Positions 53,688-63,800 of a DNA stretch of 64,000 nt are shown in pieces (position 1 is the first letter of the stretch; each line of letters starts with the position of its first letter). The notes under the pieces are model-generated. The model was given only the letters and a program-made list of their open reading frames with translations, was not told the origin of the DNA and made no database searches. This stretch comes from an uncultured Cytophagia bacterium (GTDB taxonomy: Bacteria; Zhuqueibacterota; Zhuqueibacteria; Residuimicrobiales; Residuimicrobiaceae), in the NCBI GenBank assembly GCA_964436305.1, contig CAYTCI010000005.1, forward strand, positions 14,629 through 78,628, in the 5' to 3' direction. Made by a program: the position numbers and the translations under genes.

Positions 53688-55562
53688 TCAGTCGTTGGGA
53701 TCATTGACCGGCACGGTGAGCCCGGCCTCGGGCTTGACGTAAACAAGGACGAGCCGGCAGGGCCGCTCTCCCCGGTTGACAAAGGTGACCGCCTCCGCAG
53801 CCGCCGGGATGAGCATGGTCTCGAGATAGGCCAGGGCTGCGACGCGGCCGTTGGCGGCATGCACCTCCACCCTTTCGCCCTCGACGAGGTTGACGACGAA
53901 GCCCTTGCCTTCGGTCAACAGGGTATGCCGCTGGCTGAACTCGGCGCGCTGCACGACGTAAAAAGTCCAGGGGTGATTGTAGAGCTCATAGAGACGGCTC
54001 TCGTCTTTCTCCTCGATCAACCGGGGGCGGGCGACCAGGTTTTGGCTAATCCACTTCCCCCGGCGCTCGGGCCGGATATTGGCGAAAGCGCGCTCGATGT
54101 TGATCGGCCTGAGCTTGCCCTCCAGATCCCGCCGCAGATAATCATAGAGCTTCATGGTTAAGATATAGGGGGTGGCGCTGATCTCCAGCACCAGGTTGCC
54201 GCGGCCGCTGCAGTGCACCGTGCCGTTGGGGATGAAAAAGAGGTCGTGCGGCCGGGCGGGCTCGCTGTGGATCCAGGCGTCGACATCCAGTTCCTCGCCG
54301 GAGGCCTCCGAGTGCAGCAGAGCCTGCCTGAAAGCCGCGGGCTCGGTCTCCTCCTGCAGACCGAGATAGACCCGCGCGCCGGGCTGGGCGTTGACGATGT
54401 AGTAGCACTCATCCTGGGTATAGGTCTCTCCGAACTCTTTCTTGATGTACTCCGGCCGGGGATGGACCTGGACGGAGAGATTGCCGCCGTCGATGGTATC
54501 GAGATAGTCGAAGCGGATCGGCCATTCGTGGATGAACTGCGCCGCCGCGCGCGGGCCGAGCAGGTTGCGGTTGTGGGCGAACATCACGAAATCGAAGGAG
54601 CACTCGAGAAAACGGCTGCCGCTCTCGAAAACAACACCGTTTTCCGGGACGATCATCTCGAAAGACCAGGCGTAATTGGGCTTGTTCGGGTCGAGGGCCA
54701 TGTGACCCTTCATGAACTGGCCGCCCCACGGTCCGGGATAGAACCAGGGGCGGACCCGGAAGGGCGAGCGTGAAATCTCCTCCAGGGCGGCGCGGAAAGC
54801 AGCGCCGGTCATCCAGGCGGGATCGCCCTCATCCTGGCCGTCGATGAAAAGGTCGATACGGGGCAGGATAGTGCGCTTTTGGCGGCTGAAGGCGGGCCAC
54901 TCGACGAAATAGCAGCGTTTGTAAAAGGCTTCGAAATTATCGGTCGGATCGCCGATGTTGCCGGCCTGTCCCGCCCTGAATTTTTCCTGAATGAGGTCCT
55001 TGGGCAGGTCGATATACCAGAGTTCGTCCCAGAGTTCGACCAGGGAGGCCCCGCAGCCCGCGATGAGGGTCAGCCGGCCGGCCTGGTCACTGCGCCGAAT
55101 GGAGGCGGTGATGCGCAGTTCCTCCACCCGGACGGGATCGAAAAAGATCTCCGGCCCGTAGGGCCAGTGTTTGCCGAAGAGGCGGTCCTCGCCGCCGAGG
55201 AAGGGCCGGATCGCGGCCTCGCGGCCGGCGGGACCGGCCAATGCAGCATCGAAGCGGAGCAGTTCGGCATTGATCCTCTGCTGGAGCATCCCGGTCTGCA
55301 GCCCCGCGAGAAAAATATCCCAGCCGACGCCGGGAAAGCCGTCGATCACCAGCACGCGCAGCCCCTGCGGGATTTTTTCAGCGATCAGGGCGGCCAGCGC
55401 CGCATAGCCCTTGTCGATCCGCCCCTCCGCGAGGGGAAAAGCCGGCAGGGTATCGTAGAGCCCTTTGGGATAGGCTCCGGCAGCGGCCGGCAAGGGGGCC
55501 GTAAAGGGGGAGGGCCTGCGTTGATGATCCGTCTTCATTACCGATCCTTGAGAGTAGGTCAT
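53688..55562 (-). CDS. manA: Class I mannose-6-phosphate isomerase, long form with ~250-aa N-terminal extension
   Basis: Cupin/zinc-site motifs LSVQVHP, QDECYYIV and GTVHCSGRGNLVLEI. 4-nt overlap with the upstream ROK kinase gene. Confidence 0.8.
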   Translation of the reverse strand: MTYSQGSVMKTDHQRRPSPFTAPLPAAAGAYPKGLYDTLPAFPLAEGRIDKGYAALAALIAEKIPQGLRVLVIDGFPGVGWDIFLAGLQTGMLQQRINAELLRFDAALAGPAGREAAIRPFLGGEDRLFGKHWPYGPEIFFDPVRVEELRITASIRRSDQAGRLTLIAGCGASLVELWDELWYIDLPKDLIQEKFRAGQAGNIGDPTDNFEAFYKRCYFVEWPAFSRQKRTILPRIDLFIDGQDEGDPAWMTGAAFRAALEEISRSPFRVRPWFYPGPWGGQFMKGHMALDPNKPNYAWSFEMIVPENGVVFESGSRFLECSFDFVMFAHNRNLLGPRAAAQFIHEWPIRFDYLDTIDGGNLSVQVHPRPEYIKKEFGETYTQDECYYIVNAQPGARVYLGLQEETEPAAFRQALLHSEASGEELDVDAWIHSEPARPHDLFFIPNGTVHCSGRGNLVLEISATPYILTMKLYDYLRRDLEGKLRPINIERAFANIRPERRGKWISQNLVARPRLIEEKDESRLYELYNHPWTFYVVQRAEFSQRHTLLTEGKGFVVNLVEGERVEVHAANGRVAALAYLETMLIPAAAEAVTFVNRGERPCRLVLVYVKPEAGLTVPVNDPND

Positions 55563-56458
55563 TTATCCAGAAAGGCCGCCCCGAGGCAGGCGGCGCGGTC
55601 CTCGAGCTGTGCCGGGAGGATGCGGACGTTGCCCCTGGGCACCATCCAGGCGCGGCGTTTGACGATCTCGAGCAGGCCTGGGAGGATCGCCGCATGGCTT
55701 TTCATCAGGCCGCCGCCCAGGATGACGGTGTTGACGCCGTAGGCGTGCATGACGTTGATCACGCCGATAGCGAGGTTGTCGATGAATTCCGCTTTCACCG
55801 CAGCCCAGGCGGGATTGGCCCCGGCCCCGGCGAAAAAGGTCTTCAGCGGGAGGGGTTCGGCCGCCAGCTCTGGAAAGGTGGCGAGGAGATGGCTCTCGAA
55901 ATTCACCGCCGAGCAATAGAGTTCGAGGCAGCCCTTGAGGCCGCAGGGACACTCGGGGCCGTGGCGGTCGATGCTCATGTGGCCGCCGAGCAGGCCGCTG
56001 GCGGGGTTGCTGGAACGAAAGAGCCGGCCGTCGATGACCGCGGCGCAGCCGACGCCGGTGCCGAGGGTCATGGCGATGATCGAAGGCCAGCCCCGGCCGG
56101 CGCCGAACTTCCACTCGCCCCAGGCGTAGGCGCGGGCATCGTTGTCGAAGGTGAAGGGCACCTGCAGCCGCGCGGCGAAGGCCGAGCGCAGGTCGATGCC
56201 GGCGAATTCATTGGCAGCGCCGACATCGTTGATCACCCCGCCGGCCTGCACATCGACCATCCCCTTCATGCCGAGGCCGCCGCGGGTCAAGGGTTCACCG
56301 GCGGCAAAACGGGCCGCCGCCGCGAGCAGGGCCTCCAGCAGCGAGCCTGTTGCAGCCAGATCGGCCACCTTTTCGGTTGCGAATTTGCGGGTGTTCCCCT
56401 CTTCATCGAAGAGGCCGAACTTGACATTGGTGCCGCCGAAATCGATGCCGATCCTCAT
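55559..56458 (-). CDS. ROK-family sugar kinase
   Basis: ATP-binding start MRIGIDFGGTNVKFG and the ROK zinc motif CPCGLKGCLELYCS. Confidence 0.9.
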   Translation of the reverse strand: MRIGIDFGGTNVKFGLFDEEGNTRKFATEKVADLAATGSLLEALLAAAARFAAGEPLTRGGLGMKGMVDVQAGGVINDVGAANEFAGIDLRSAFAARLQVPFTFDNDARAYAWGEWKFGAGRGWPSIIAMTLGTGVGCAAVIDGRLFRSSNPASGLLGGHMSIDRHGPECPCGLKGCLELYCSAVNFESHLLATFPELAAEPLPLKTFFAGAGANPAWAAVKAEFIDNLAIGVINVMHAYGVNTVILGGGLMKSHAAILPGLLEIVKRRAWMVPRGNVRILPAQLEDRAACLGAAFLDK

Positions 56459-57702
56459 GACTTCTCCCCCGGGAAAAACCAGATCAGGGCGTCGATGAGG
56501 TGGCGCCGCCAGTTGCCCCAGGTGTGGCCCTCGGGGTACTCGCGGTAGACGAACTCGTAACCGGCTTCCCGCAGCACCGTTGCGAAACGGCGGTTGGCGG
56601 CGATAAAATTGGTCTCCGCCGACGGCAGAAACGAGCCGCCGACGGTCTCTTCATAGGTGCCGCTGTCGACATAGAGACGGATGGGGCGTCTGGGCGTATC
56701 ACGGTAGAGCCCGATCAGGGTATCGCCGCGGAAGGAGAGATACCCGGACTGGCTGTAGCCGTTGCCGAAGACCTCCGGCCGCAGGAAGGGGATATAGGCG
56801 GAGATCAGTCCGCCAAACGAATCGCCCGCCACCAGCCGCGCAGAGGGCTCAGGAGCGGTGGCATAGTGGGCGTCAATATAAGGGACGAGTTCGTCGGTCA
56901 AAAAACGGACATAGGTATCGTTGAGGCCGTACTCGGTCATGCGGTTGGGCATGCCGGGCTGCAGACGGTTGGGCGGTGTGATGAAGACGGCGATGAGTGG
57001 ACGGACCTTGCCGTCACGAATCAACTGGTCGAGCATCTGCGGCACCTGGGCGAACTCGACATAATCGATCCCGTCCTGGAGATAGAGGGTCGGGTATTGG
57101 TTCCGGGCATCGTACCCCGGCGGCAGGTAGACATGAATGGCATGCGGATAGCCCAGCACCTTCGACTCCAGTTCGCGGACCTGCAAGCCGGCGGCGCTCC
57201 CCTTGCGGCCGGAGCGGTACTCGGCAAAGTAGGGATGCTGCCGGTAACCCGGCATCGCCAGTTCGGAGAGCTCGCCAAAGCCATTGAGGGATTTGGCGGG
57301 ATTGAGCGGATCGACGCTCCAGAGGCTGTTCTTGCCAAAGAGGTACCAGTATTCGAGGCGGGCGCCCGCCGGCGCCTTGCCGCGCCAGTAAAAGAGATCG
57401 GTCCCCGCCACGTGTGTCATCCACTCCGCCTGCGTCCAGTTATTCATGTCGCCGAGCACGCCGACCGAATCCTTCATCCCCCGGTAGAGCAGCACGCAGG
57501 TCGAATCGTCCGCGAAGAGGGGATAGCTGCCGGGCTCGAGCGTCCGGAAGAATTCATCCACCTTTTTTTGTTTGGCCTGGGGATCGCCGGTACGGGCGAT
57601 TTGCGTGAGGAGGCGTTCGAAGCGGGCCGCCGGCTTGTTACTGCGCATCACACAACCCGCCAGCATCGTCGCGATCAGGAGCACAACCATCCATTTTCTC
57701 AT
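56455..57702 (-). CDS. Secreted esterase (esterase-D/enterochelin-esterase-like fold) with N-terminal Ig/CBM48-like domain
   Basis: Signal plus possible lipobox LIATMLAGC. YPTLYLQDG and nucleophile elbow AGDSFGGLISAY. 4-nt overlap with the ROK gene. Confidence 0.8.
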   Translation of the reverse strand: MRKWMVVLLIATMLAGCVMRSNKPAARFERLLTQIARTGDPQAKQKKVDEFFRTLEPGSYPLFADDSTCVLLYRGMKDSVGVLGDMNNWTQAEWMTHVAGTDLFYWRGKAPAGARLEYWYLFGKNSLWSVDPLNPAKSLNGFGELSELAMPGYRQHPYFAEYRSGRKGSAAGLQVRELESKVLGYPHAIHVYLPPGYDARNQYPTLYLQDGIDYVEFAQVPQMLDQLIRDGKVRPLIAVFITPPNRLQPGMPNRMTEYGLNDTYVRFLTDELVPYIDAHYATAPEPSARLVAGDSFGGLISAYIPFLRPEVFGNGYSQSGYLSFRGDTLIGLYRDTPRRPIRLYVDSGTYEETVGGSFLPSAETNFIAANRRFATVLREAGYEFVYREYPEGHTWGNWRRHLIDALIWFFPGEKS

Positions 57703-57708
57703 AGAGCG

Positions 57709-59775
57709 TCACCTGGTTTGGATCAATCCCTTTTGTGATACATTATAGAGCCGGCCCTGATACCGCAGGTTATGGAGTTCGGCCCCGGGGTCAAAGCCGG
57801 CGAACTGCGGGGCGGCGCTGATGCCCGCGAAGGCGGTCGCCCGCACGCCAAAGAGCCCCTCGATCACGGTGGTCAGATAGCTGCCGCTGGAAGAGCAGGC
57901 CCAGTCCGCGCCATAGGGCCATTCATAATAGGCCTTGCGTGCCCCGCCGGCATCGGCGGGGACGGCGGATTCAACGAAATGGCACTGGCCGAAGGGGCCC
58001 TGATTGGCCGAGCGCGCCAGGCCCCGCAGCCAGGGGGTCGCCAGATCGCCGCGGCCGATGCGGTAGAGCCCGGCCGCCGCGAGGGCCGGCCAGGCGGTGT
58101 AGGCGCCGTTCCACTGGTGATCCGGCCGCACCGAAAACATTGCGTTGGGGTCCCTTGGCGAGAGCGCGCGCATCCAGACCGGGGTCTGCAGCTCGTCGAC
58201 GAAAAAGCGGACCATTTCCTCCTTCTGCCGGCTGGTCAGGTCGTCGGCGATGGTGGTGAGGATGGTCATAAAGTCATAGCCGTGGCGCACCTCGACCAGC
58301 TCGCCCTCGGGGAAGCGGGCGTTCCAGAAACCGCGGCCGCCGGCGTAGAGCTCGCCCAGCCGGGTGAGCAAGCCAGCGGCCTCGCGGCGGCAGGACTGGG
58401 CCTCCGGGAGCATCCCCCGGTGCTGCAACAGCTCCGCCAGGGCGCGCAGGCTGAACACCGCGCCGGCATTGAGGCTCGCCACTTCATGGATGTAGGTGCT
58501 GACGCACTCGAGCAGGTTGTTGATGCCGCCGTAATCGGCCAGGCCGGAGGGAGTGAGGAACTTGCGGTAGCCGGTGGCGTACTCCTCGAGGTAATCGAAA
58601 ATCCGCCGCCCGGAGGCGGGCAGGGTATGGTCCAGCCAGGCCAGGTCGCCGTTCCAGCGCAGATAATCCTGCGCCAGCCAGGTCAGGGCAAAGTCATTGA
58701 CCGCATACCAGGGGCCGACAGGGCCGCCGGTGAGGTATTCGGTGCCGAAATGGCTGTGGATGTCGGTCCCCATCCACAACTCGATGTATTTGCGCTGGAC
58801 CGCGGGATCGAGCAGGGCGTGGACCTCCGAGCTGAGGAAATAGTCCCAGATGAAGGTGGTCCCCTGCCAGTAGCGCGGCATCAGGGTGTCGTAGGCGCGG
58901 CCATAGACCGAAAAGGGGTTGTCGCGCCGGAAGTAGATGACGCCGAGGGCGGCGGTATAGTAGAGGCGGCGCACCGCCGCATCGCTGGTCTGGAGGAGGG
59001 GCAACGAGCCGGAGTAGTCGGAATTGCCCGGGGTGAAGGCGGCCGCGATCTGACGATCCCAGGCCGCCTCATGCTCGACGAAAGCCTCCTCGAGCCCGGC
59101 GTTGGCGAGCCGGTCATACTGGCGCAGGAGCTCGTCCACTTCGCCGCCGATGAGGTTGAGATAACAGAGCGTCACCGTGCCGCCGGCGGGGAGGGTGACC
59201 CTTTTCTCCAGCCCGAATCCGCTCGCCTGATCCGGCGCCGGCCACAGGCCCTGGAGCGAACAGGCCTCGCTGTGGCGCGCCTCAAAGAGCACCACCCGGC
59301 GGGAGGGCTCGACGCTGATCCGGTTATCCTCTTCCAGCGGCGGCAGATAGCCTTTGCCGGTGCCCGAATTTTTCGTGATCGCGGCCGAGGTGCCGAACTT
59401 GAGCTGGAGCTCCCGCGCCGCACCGCCGGTATTACAGATCTCCAGGCGGAGGATCAGGGCGCTGGCGCCGAAGGGCAGGATCGTGGTCGAACGCAGCTCG
59501 AGGGCTTCGAACGTGGTCTCGCGCACGATCTTGTCCGGATACCAGGTATAGGCGATGGGGCGATTGTGCGCCGCGAAATAACAGCCATCCAGGAAGAGCG
59601 ACCCGGTCACCTTGTCCGAATTGGTGAAAGGCGGAAAGTTGAGGCTGCGCACGCCGGTGATGTCGTGGTCCGCCTGGCAACAGCCCCAGAAATTGGTCAG
59701 ACCCGGAGGGCTGAAGAGATCGCCGAAGGAGTGAACCAGCCGGTCGCTGGCCAGCTCTTTGCAGGTGGGTATCAA
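57709..59775 (-). CDS. 688-aa cytoplasmic protein, unknown family, probable beta-sandwich + (alpha/alpha)6 glycosidase-like architecture
   Basis: Long ORF in an operon with GH38, esterase, ROK and PMI. The C-terminal half has helical-barrel-like repeats (YYTAALGVIYF, FIWDYFLSSEVHALL, WYAVNDFALTWLAQDYL, NGAYTAWPALAAAGLYRIG). No known catalytic motif recognised. Confidence 0.6.
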   Translation of the reverse strand: MIPTCKELASDRLVHSFGDLFSPPGLTNFWGCCQADHDITGVRSLNFPPFTNSDKVTGSLFLDGCYFAAHNRPIAYTWYPDKIVRETTFEALELRSTTILPFGASALILRLEICNTGGAARELQLKFGTSAAITKNSGTGKGYLPPLEEDNRISVEPSRRVVLFEARHSEACSLQGLWPAPDQASGFGLEKRVTLPAGGTVTLCYLNLIGGEVDELLRQYDRLANAGLEEAFVEHEAAWDRQIAAAFTPGNSDYSGSLPLLQTSDAAVRRLYYTAALGVIYFRRDNPFSVYGRAYDTLMPRYWQGTTFIWDYFLSSEVHALLDPAVQRKYIELWMGTDIHSHFGTEYLTGGPVGPWYAVNDFALTWLAQDYLRWNGDLAWLDHTLPASGRRIFDYLEEYATGYRKFLTPSGLADYGGINNLLECVSTYIHEVASLNAGAVFSLRALAELLQHRGMLPEAQSCRREAAGLLTRLGELYAGGRGFWNARFPEGELVEVRHGYDFMTILTTIADDLTSRQKEEMVRFFVDELQTPVWMRALSPRDPNAMFSVRPDHQWNGAYTAWPALAAAGLYRIGRGDLATPWLRGLARSANQGPFGQCHFVESAVPADAGGARKAYYEWPYGADWACSSSGSYLTTVIEGLFGVRATAFAGISAAPQFAGFDPGAELHNLRYQGRLYNVSQKGLIQTR

Positions 59776-59787
59776 CAGGGCCTCTTG

Positions 59788-60882
59788 CTATGCGAAGGTG
59801 ATTTCAATGAGGTGAGGAAAGTACTCCTCAAACTCGATGTAGGTGATATAGATCGTCCGTCCCCCCTCTTTGGCCAGCGCCGGATGCTCCTTGGCGGCAT
59901 AGATCAGCTGCGGGTAGGGCAGATTCACCATGCGGGGCATCCGGATCTGAAAGAGATCGACAGGATCGCTCCAGGGGCCCCAGGGCTCAGGGGCGGTATG
60001 GGCGACGATCCGGCCGGTGAGATCGAGGGAATGGACAGCGAGATAGCAGCCCAGATACTCATTCCAGGAAACCGATTGCTCGTTGGGCATGCCTTCGAAA
60101 AGGGGGACGGCCGCGCCGACATGGCGCGACCACTGCGGCTCCCCGTGGCTCTGCCCCTCTGCTGTTTCGACGCCGCAAAGATAGTCGTATTGCTCGCGAC
60201 GCTTGATCTCCTCCTTGCGTACACGCGCGAGATAGCAGCGCTGTACCTGGTCCGCGCCCTGCAAGGCGCCGTAGAGATAAAGGTACGCTCCCGGCGGATT
60301 GAGGACGGCGGAGGCGAAATGGGGCTGGTCCGCCCGCCACCAGAGGTCGCTGCCCTGACTGAGGATGCGGTTGAATTCCCAGTTCTCGGCATCGCCGATG
60401 GCGACCCCGGAGCCAAGGATGCGGAAATTGACCGGAAAAATCCCCTCAGCGATCGTTGTCACCTTGACGAAATAGAGATAGATCCAGCCGTCGATCTCGA
60501 CGCCGTGCAGGCACCAGACCCGGATGCGGTTGGGGTCTTCATCGGCCTCGAGCGGGATCAGGGATTTGATCTCGCCGCGCTCGTCAAGGATGTAGCGGAA
60601 CTCCTCCACTCCGCCGGGGCCGACGCGGCCGGAGCTGAGCAGGCCGGAATTGTTCACCATCCGGTCGATCCCCGCCTTGCCGCTCATGTCAAGGGGCCCG
60701 ACCGGCTGGCCGTCGGGATACCAGAGGCTGCCGTTCGGCGGCCGCGAGCCGATCAGGGTGTCGCCGAAAAACCAGAGGAGCCCGGCACTGGTCGGAATCG
60801 TGAAGGCTCCGTCCTGCCCCACCATGCGGTGGGGATTATTTCTGAACTGAATGCCAAGATCGCGCTGCGATCTGATTTTCAT
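59788..60882 (-). CDS. 364-aa cytoplasmic protein, DUF4185-like beta-propeller (putative glycosidase)
   Basis: GLLWFFGDTLIGS and MVNNSGLL resemble the DUF4185 family signature. 4-nt overlap with the upstream GH38-like gene. Assignment from memory only. Confidence 0.5.
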   Translation of the reverse strand: MKIRSQRDLGIQFRNNPHRMVGQDGAFTIPTSAGLLWFFGDTLIGSRPPNGSLWYPDGQPVGPLDMSGKAGIDRMVNNSGLLSSGRVGPGGVEEFRYILDERGEIKSLIPLEADEDPNRIRVWCLHGVEIDGWIYLYFVKVTTIAEGIFPVNFRILGSGVAIGDAENWEFNRILSQGSDLWWRADQPHFASAVLNPPGAYLYLYGALQGADQVQRCYLARVRKEEIKRREQYDYLCGVETAEGQSHGEPQWSRHVGAAVPLFEGMPNEQSVSWNEYLGCYLAVHSLDLTGRIVAHTAPEPWGPWSDPVDLFQIRMPRMVNLPYPQLIYAAKEHPALAKEGGRTIYITYIEFEEYFPHLIEITFA

Positions 60883-63800
60883 CGCGTGCTCCTTGATGGT
60901 TCTCCCCGCTCAATACACAGGCGCACGAATTCATTCGCCCCCAGCGACAGGGTGAGGCTGCCCCCGGACACCGGGTGGGATCCCTGCGGCCGGCCGAGCA
61001 GGTCCAGGTGCCGAACCCTCGCCCCGGCGAAAAGCAGCTCCGAGTGCAGGGTCGCCTCCTGGCGGCCGCCCGGATCGCTGTTGCGTATCAGCAGCTCATA
61101 GCGGCCCGGCTCCCCTGCCGGCCGCAGGGAGATAAGCTGAAGACGGGGATTGGAAAGGGTGAGAAAGGTCTGGAGCGGCTCGCTGCGGGTATAGTAGCTG
61201 CGGCGGACCAGGGGTGCGCACGCGGCCTCCCAGCCAAAGGCACCGGCGTCGGCGATGGCGCTGTCGGCGCGAGCGAGCGAAAAGCGCCAGGTCACCAATC
61301 CCTGCTTCTCTTCGTTGCGGTTCCAGGATTCGGGAAAGGTATTGAGCAGGTTGGCGATCAGAGTGGTGCTGCCGCGCAGGGTATCGAGGGCGAAGACCCG
61401 ACAGTCGGGCGAGGCGAGCATGAAGCGGCTGCTCGCCGATTCGATTTCCGTGGCGCGGCGGATCGAGAAACTGGTATGACCGGCGCCGGCAAAGCGGTCC
61501 GCCAGTCCGGTCCAGCCCCCCAGGGTCTCGCAGCGGATGGTCCCGCCAGGGGCATTGAAGGCAAAAGCAAGACCATACTCTTCCGTATGCTCCACCGCTT
61601 TCTGCCCGGACAGGTCGAGCTCCACAGCGACATCAATGCGGTCGAGGTCGTGCCAGAGACGCAATCGGAGGGAACGGAAGAGGGGATCCGCCCAGGAGGA
61701 GGTGATCTCTTCATAGACCGGATTGCGTTCCACCTGCAGGGCACCGCGGCGCAGGTCGAGCGGCGCGAAGGATTCGCCGAGCTGGAAACGCTTGCGCAGC
61801 GGGACGAGCGAGGGCAGGAGGGCCGCAGGATCGAGGAGGAGTGCGCCATTCCGCTTGTCGAGGATCAGCCAGCCTTGCTCACTGCGGCTGACGCGGTAGG
61901 TGGCGTTCTCGATCGTCGCGGTGGAATCCGGGCGGGCACTGGGCTCTTCGCCAGGAGCGGGCACCAGCTCGAACTGCCGGCGGCCGACGCCCGGCACCTC
62001 GGGGGCGATAAAGCAAAGCTGTGCACCGTTCTGGTGGACGGGTAGCGGCTTCCCGCTGGCGAGATCGACCACCCCATAACGGCTGCGGTCGCTCTCGGGG
62101 AAAGCGATCTCCACCGGCACCGAGCGGCTCCAGCCCAGGGTATTGTAAACCATCACGCCATGGGAATCAAAACTCTCCTTTGGTGCCGTGAGGCGATAGA
62201 GCAGGCGTTCGCGCAGCGCCCGGGTGCGCATCCAGGCGCCGTGCACCGCCTCAGCGCGAACCGCATCGGTGTAGAGATTCTCCTCCCGCGAGCCAAGGCC
62301 GTACTCGAGCCCGCTGCCATGGCCGGAAAAATTGAGCAGATCCGTATAGATCGCGTTGATCTCCTCCGCCCCGCTGATTGTCTCGGGATAGAGCGCGCTC
62401 GCAAGGGTCGCGAGCATCTCGACGCCGGGCAGCTGGTTCTGCACCTCGCGGTACTCGATCATCCGCCGGGTCTCCCCCTGATACAGAATATCCCAGTCGG
62501 AGGTCCAGTCGCCGCGGACGGTCCTGAGCGAACGCTGATCCTGGGCCGCCACCGCGCGTCCGAAATCGTTGAGGGTGGCGATGACGAAGCGCGGCCAGGC
62601 ATAGTGCCGGTTCCACTCCCGGGCCTGTTCGTACTGGTTCAGGGCGATACCGCTGTTGTCGGAAAAGGCGGCGCTGATGAGGATTTTGTTCCAGGGATAG
62701 CCGCGCTGCAGCAGGTTGTTCACCCGGTGCCAGATCCGGTTGGCGACGGCCGTGGTGTCGCGTTCGAGGCCATAGCGGGCGCCCTCGACGTAGGCTTCGG
62801 TCAGGTAGAGCAGCACGGTATCGCGGCTGGCGCCGGCCCACCTGAATACCTTGGGCAGGTGCTTCTGATATTTATAATCCGAAAAGAGCTCATTGATGCC
62901 GTCGACCAGCACCCGCACGCCTGCCTGGCGCAGGTATTGGGGCAGGGCCCACGACTGCCCCGGCACGTCGTTATAGACCGCGGTAAAGTAGTCGAGGCCA
63001 TAGCGCTGATGATAGATCTCCGCCAGGCGGAAGGCGGCGGCCATCTCCGCCTCGCTCACCCAGCCGGTATAGGGATTGGTGTAGATCGGCGAGACAGCGA
63101 TCCGGCCCGCCTTGATCAGGGCGATCAGTTTGTCAAAGGCGGCCGGGGTGCGCGCAAGCCGGTAGTTCTCCAGCTGCCAGAGGGTCTCGATGGTCCAGCA
63201 GAAATCGGGATCCGCTGTACATTTGGCGATCGCCTGGTCGAGGGTCTGCAACTGGCGTTCGACAACCACCGGTTGGGGATTGGTATAGCCGATGTCCATG
63301 TGGGTCATCGGCATGAAATAGAGCTCAAAGTGGGGCAAGGGCTTGAGCTCGACGCTCCTTTCCAGCGCCGCCTCGCGCCACTGCAACCGGGCGGTCGTCT
63401 GCAGTGGTCCGGTGCGTTCAGGCAGCCAGATGGCATGGCTGGTGATGCCCGCCGCCACATTCCCCAACCTGATCGTCTCTTTCAAAGCCGGCAGGCTCAG
63501 GCGGGCTTCCGGCATCCCGGTCAGGCCAGCCCTGATCTCCAGGAGATACTTTTGCCGCAGCCGGCCGTCCTTCTGCCGATAGAAGAAGGTGGGGGTGAGC
63601 GAGAAATCCGCAGAAATCCGTTCCAGCTCGGCCTGCAGGGTAACCCCGGGGAGCACCCCATCGGCAGGGCTGGTGATCCGGCAATAAAAGCCCCAATCGA
63701 AGCGGATGGGTTCAAAAAAGGCGGCGGCGATGTTGCGGTACGAGGTGGCGGTGACCACCAGCAGGCGATTGAGCCCTTTCCGGAGGGTCACCTCAGCTGA

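Noticed and set aside
57772-61101. 1109-aa plus-strand ORF spanning three minus-strand genes
   Set aside because: The translation is low-complexity, dominated by G, A, R, P, E and D, with no motifs. The opposite strand encodes proteins with recognisable motifs and tight operon spacing. Long stop-free antisense frames are expected at this GC content.
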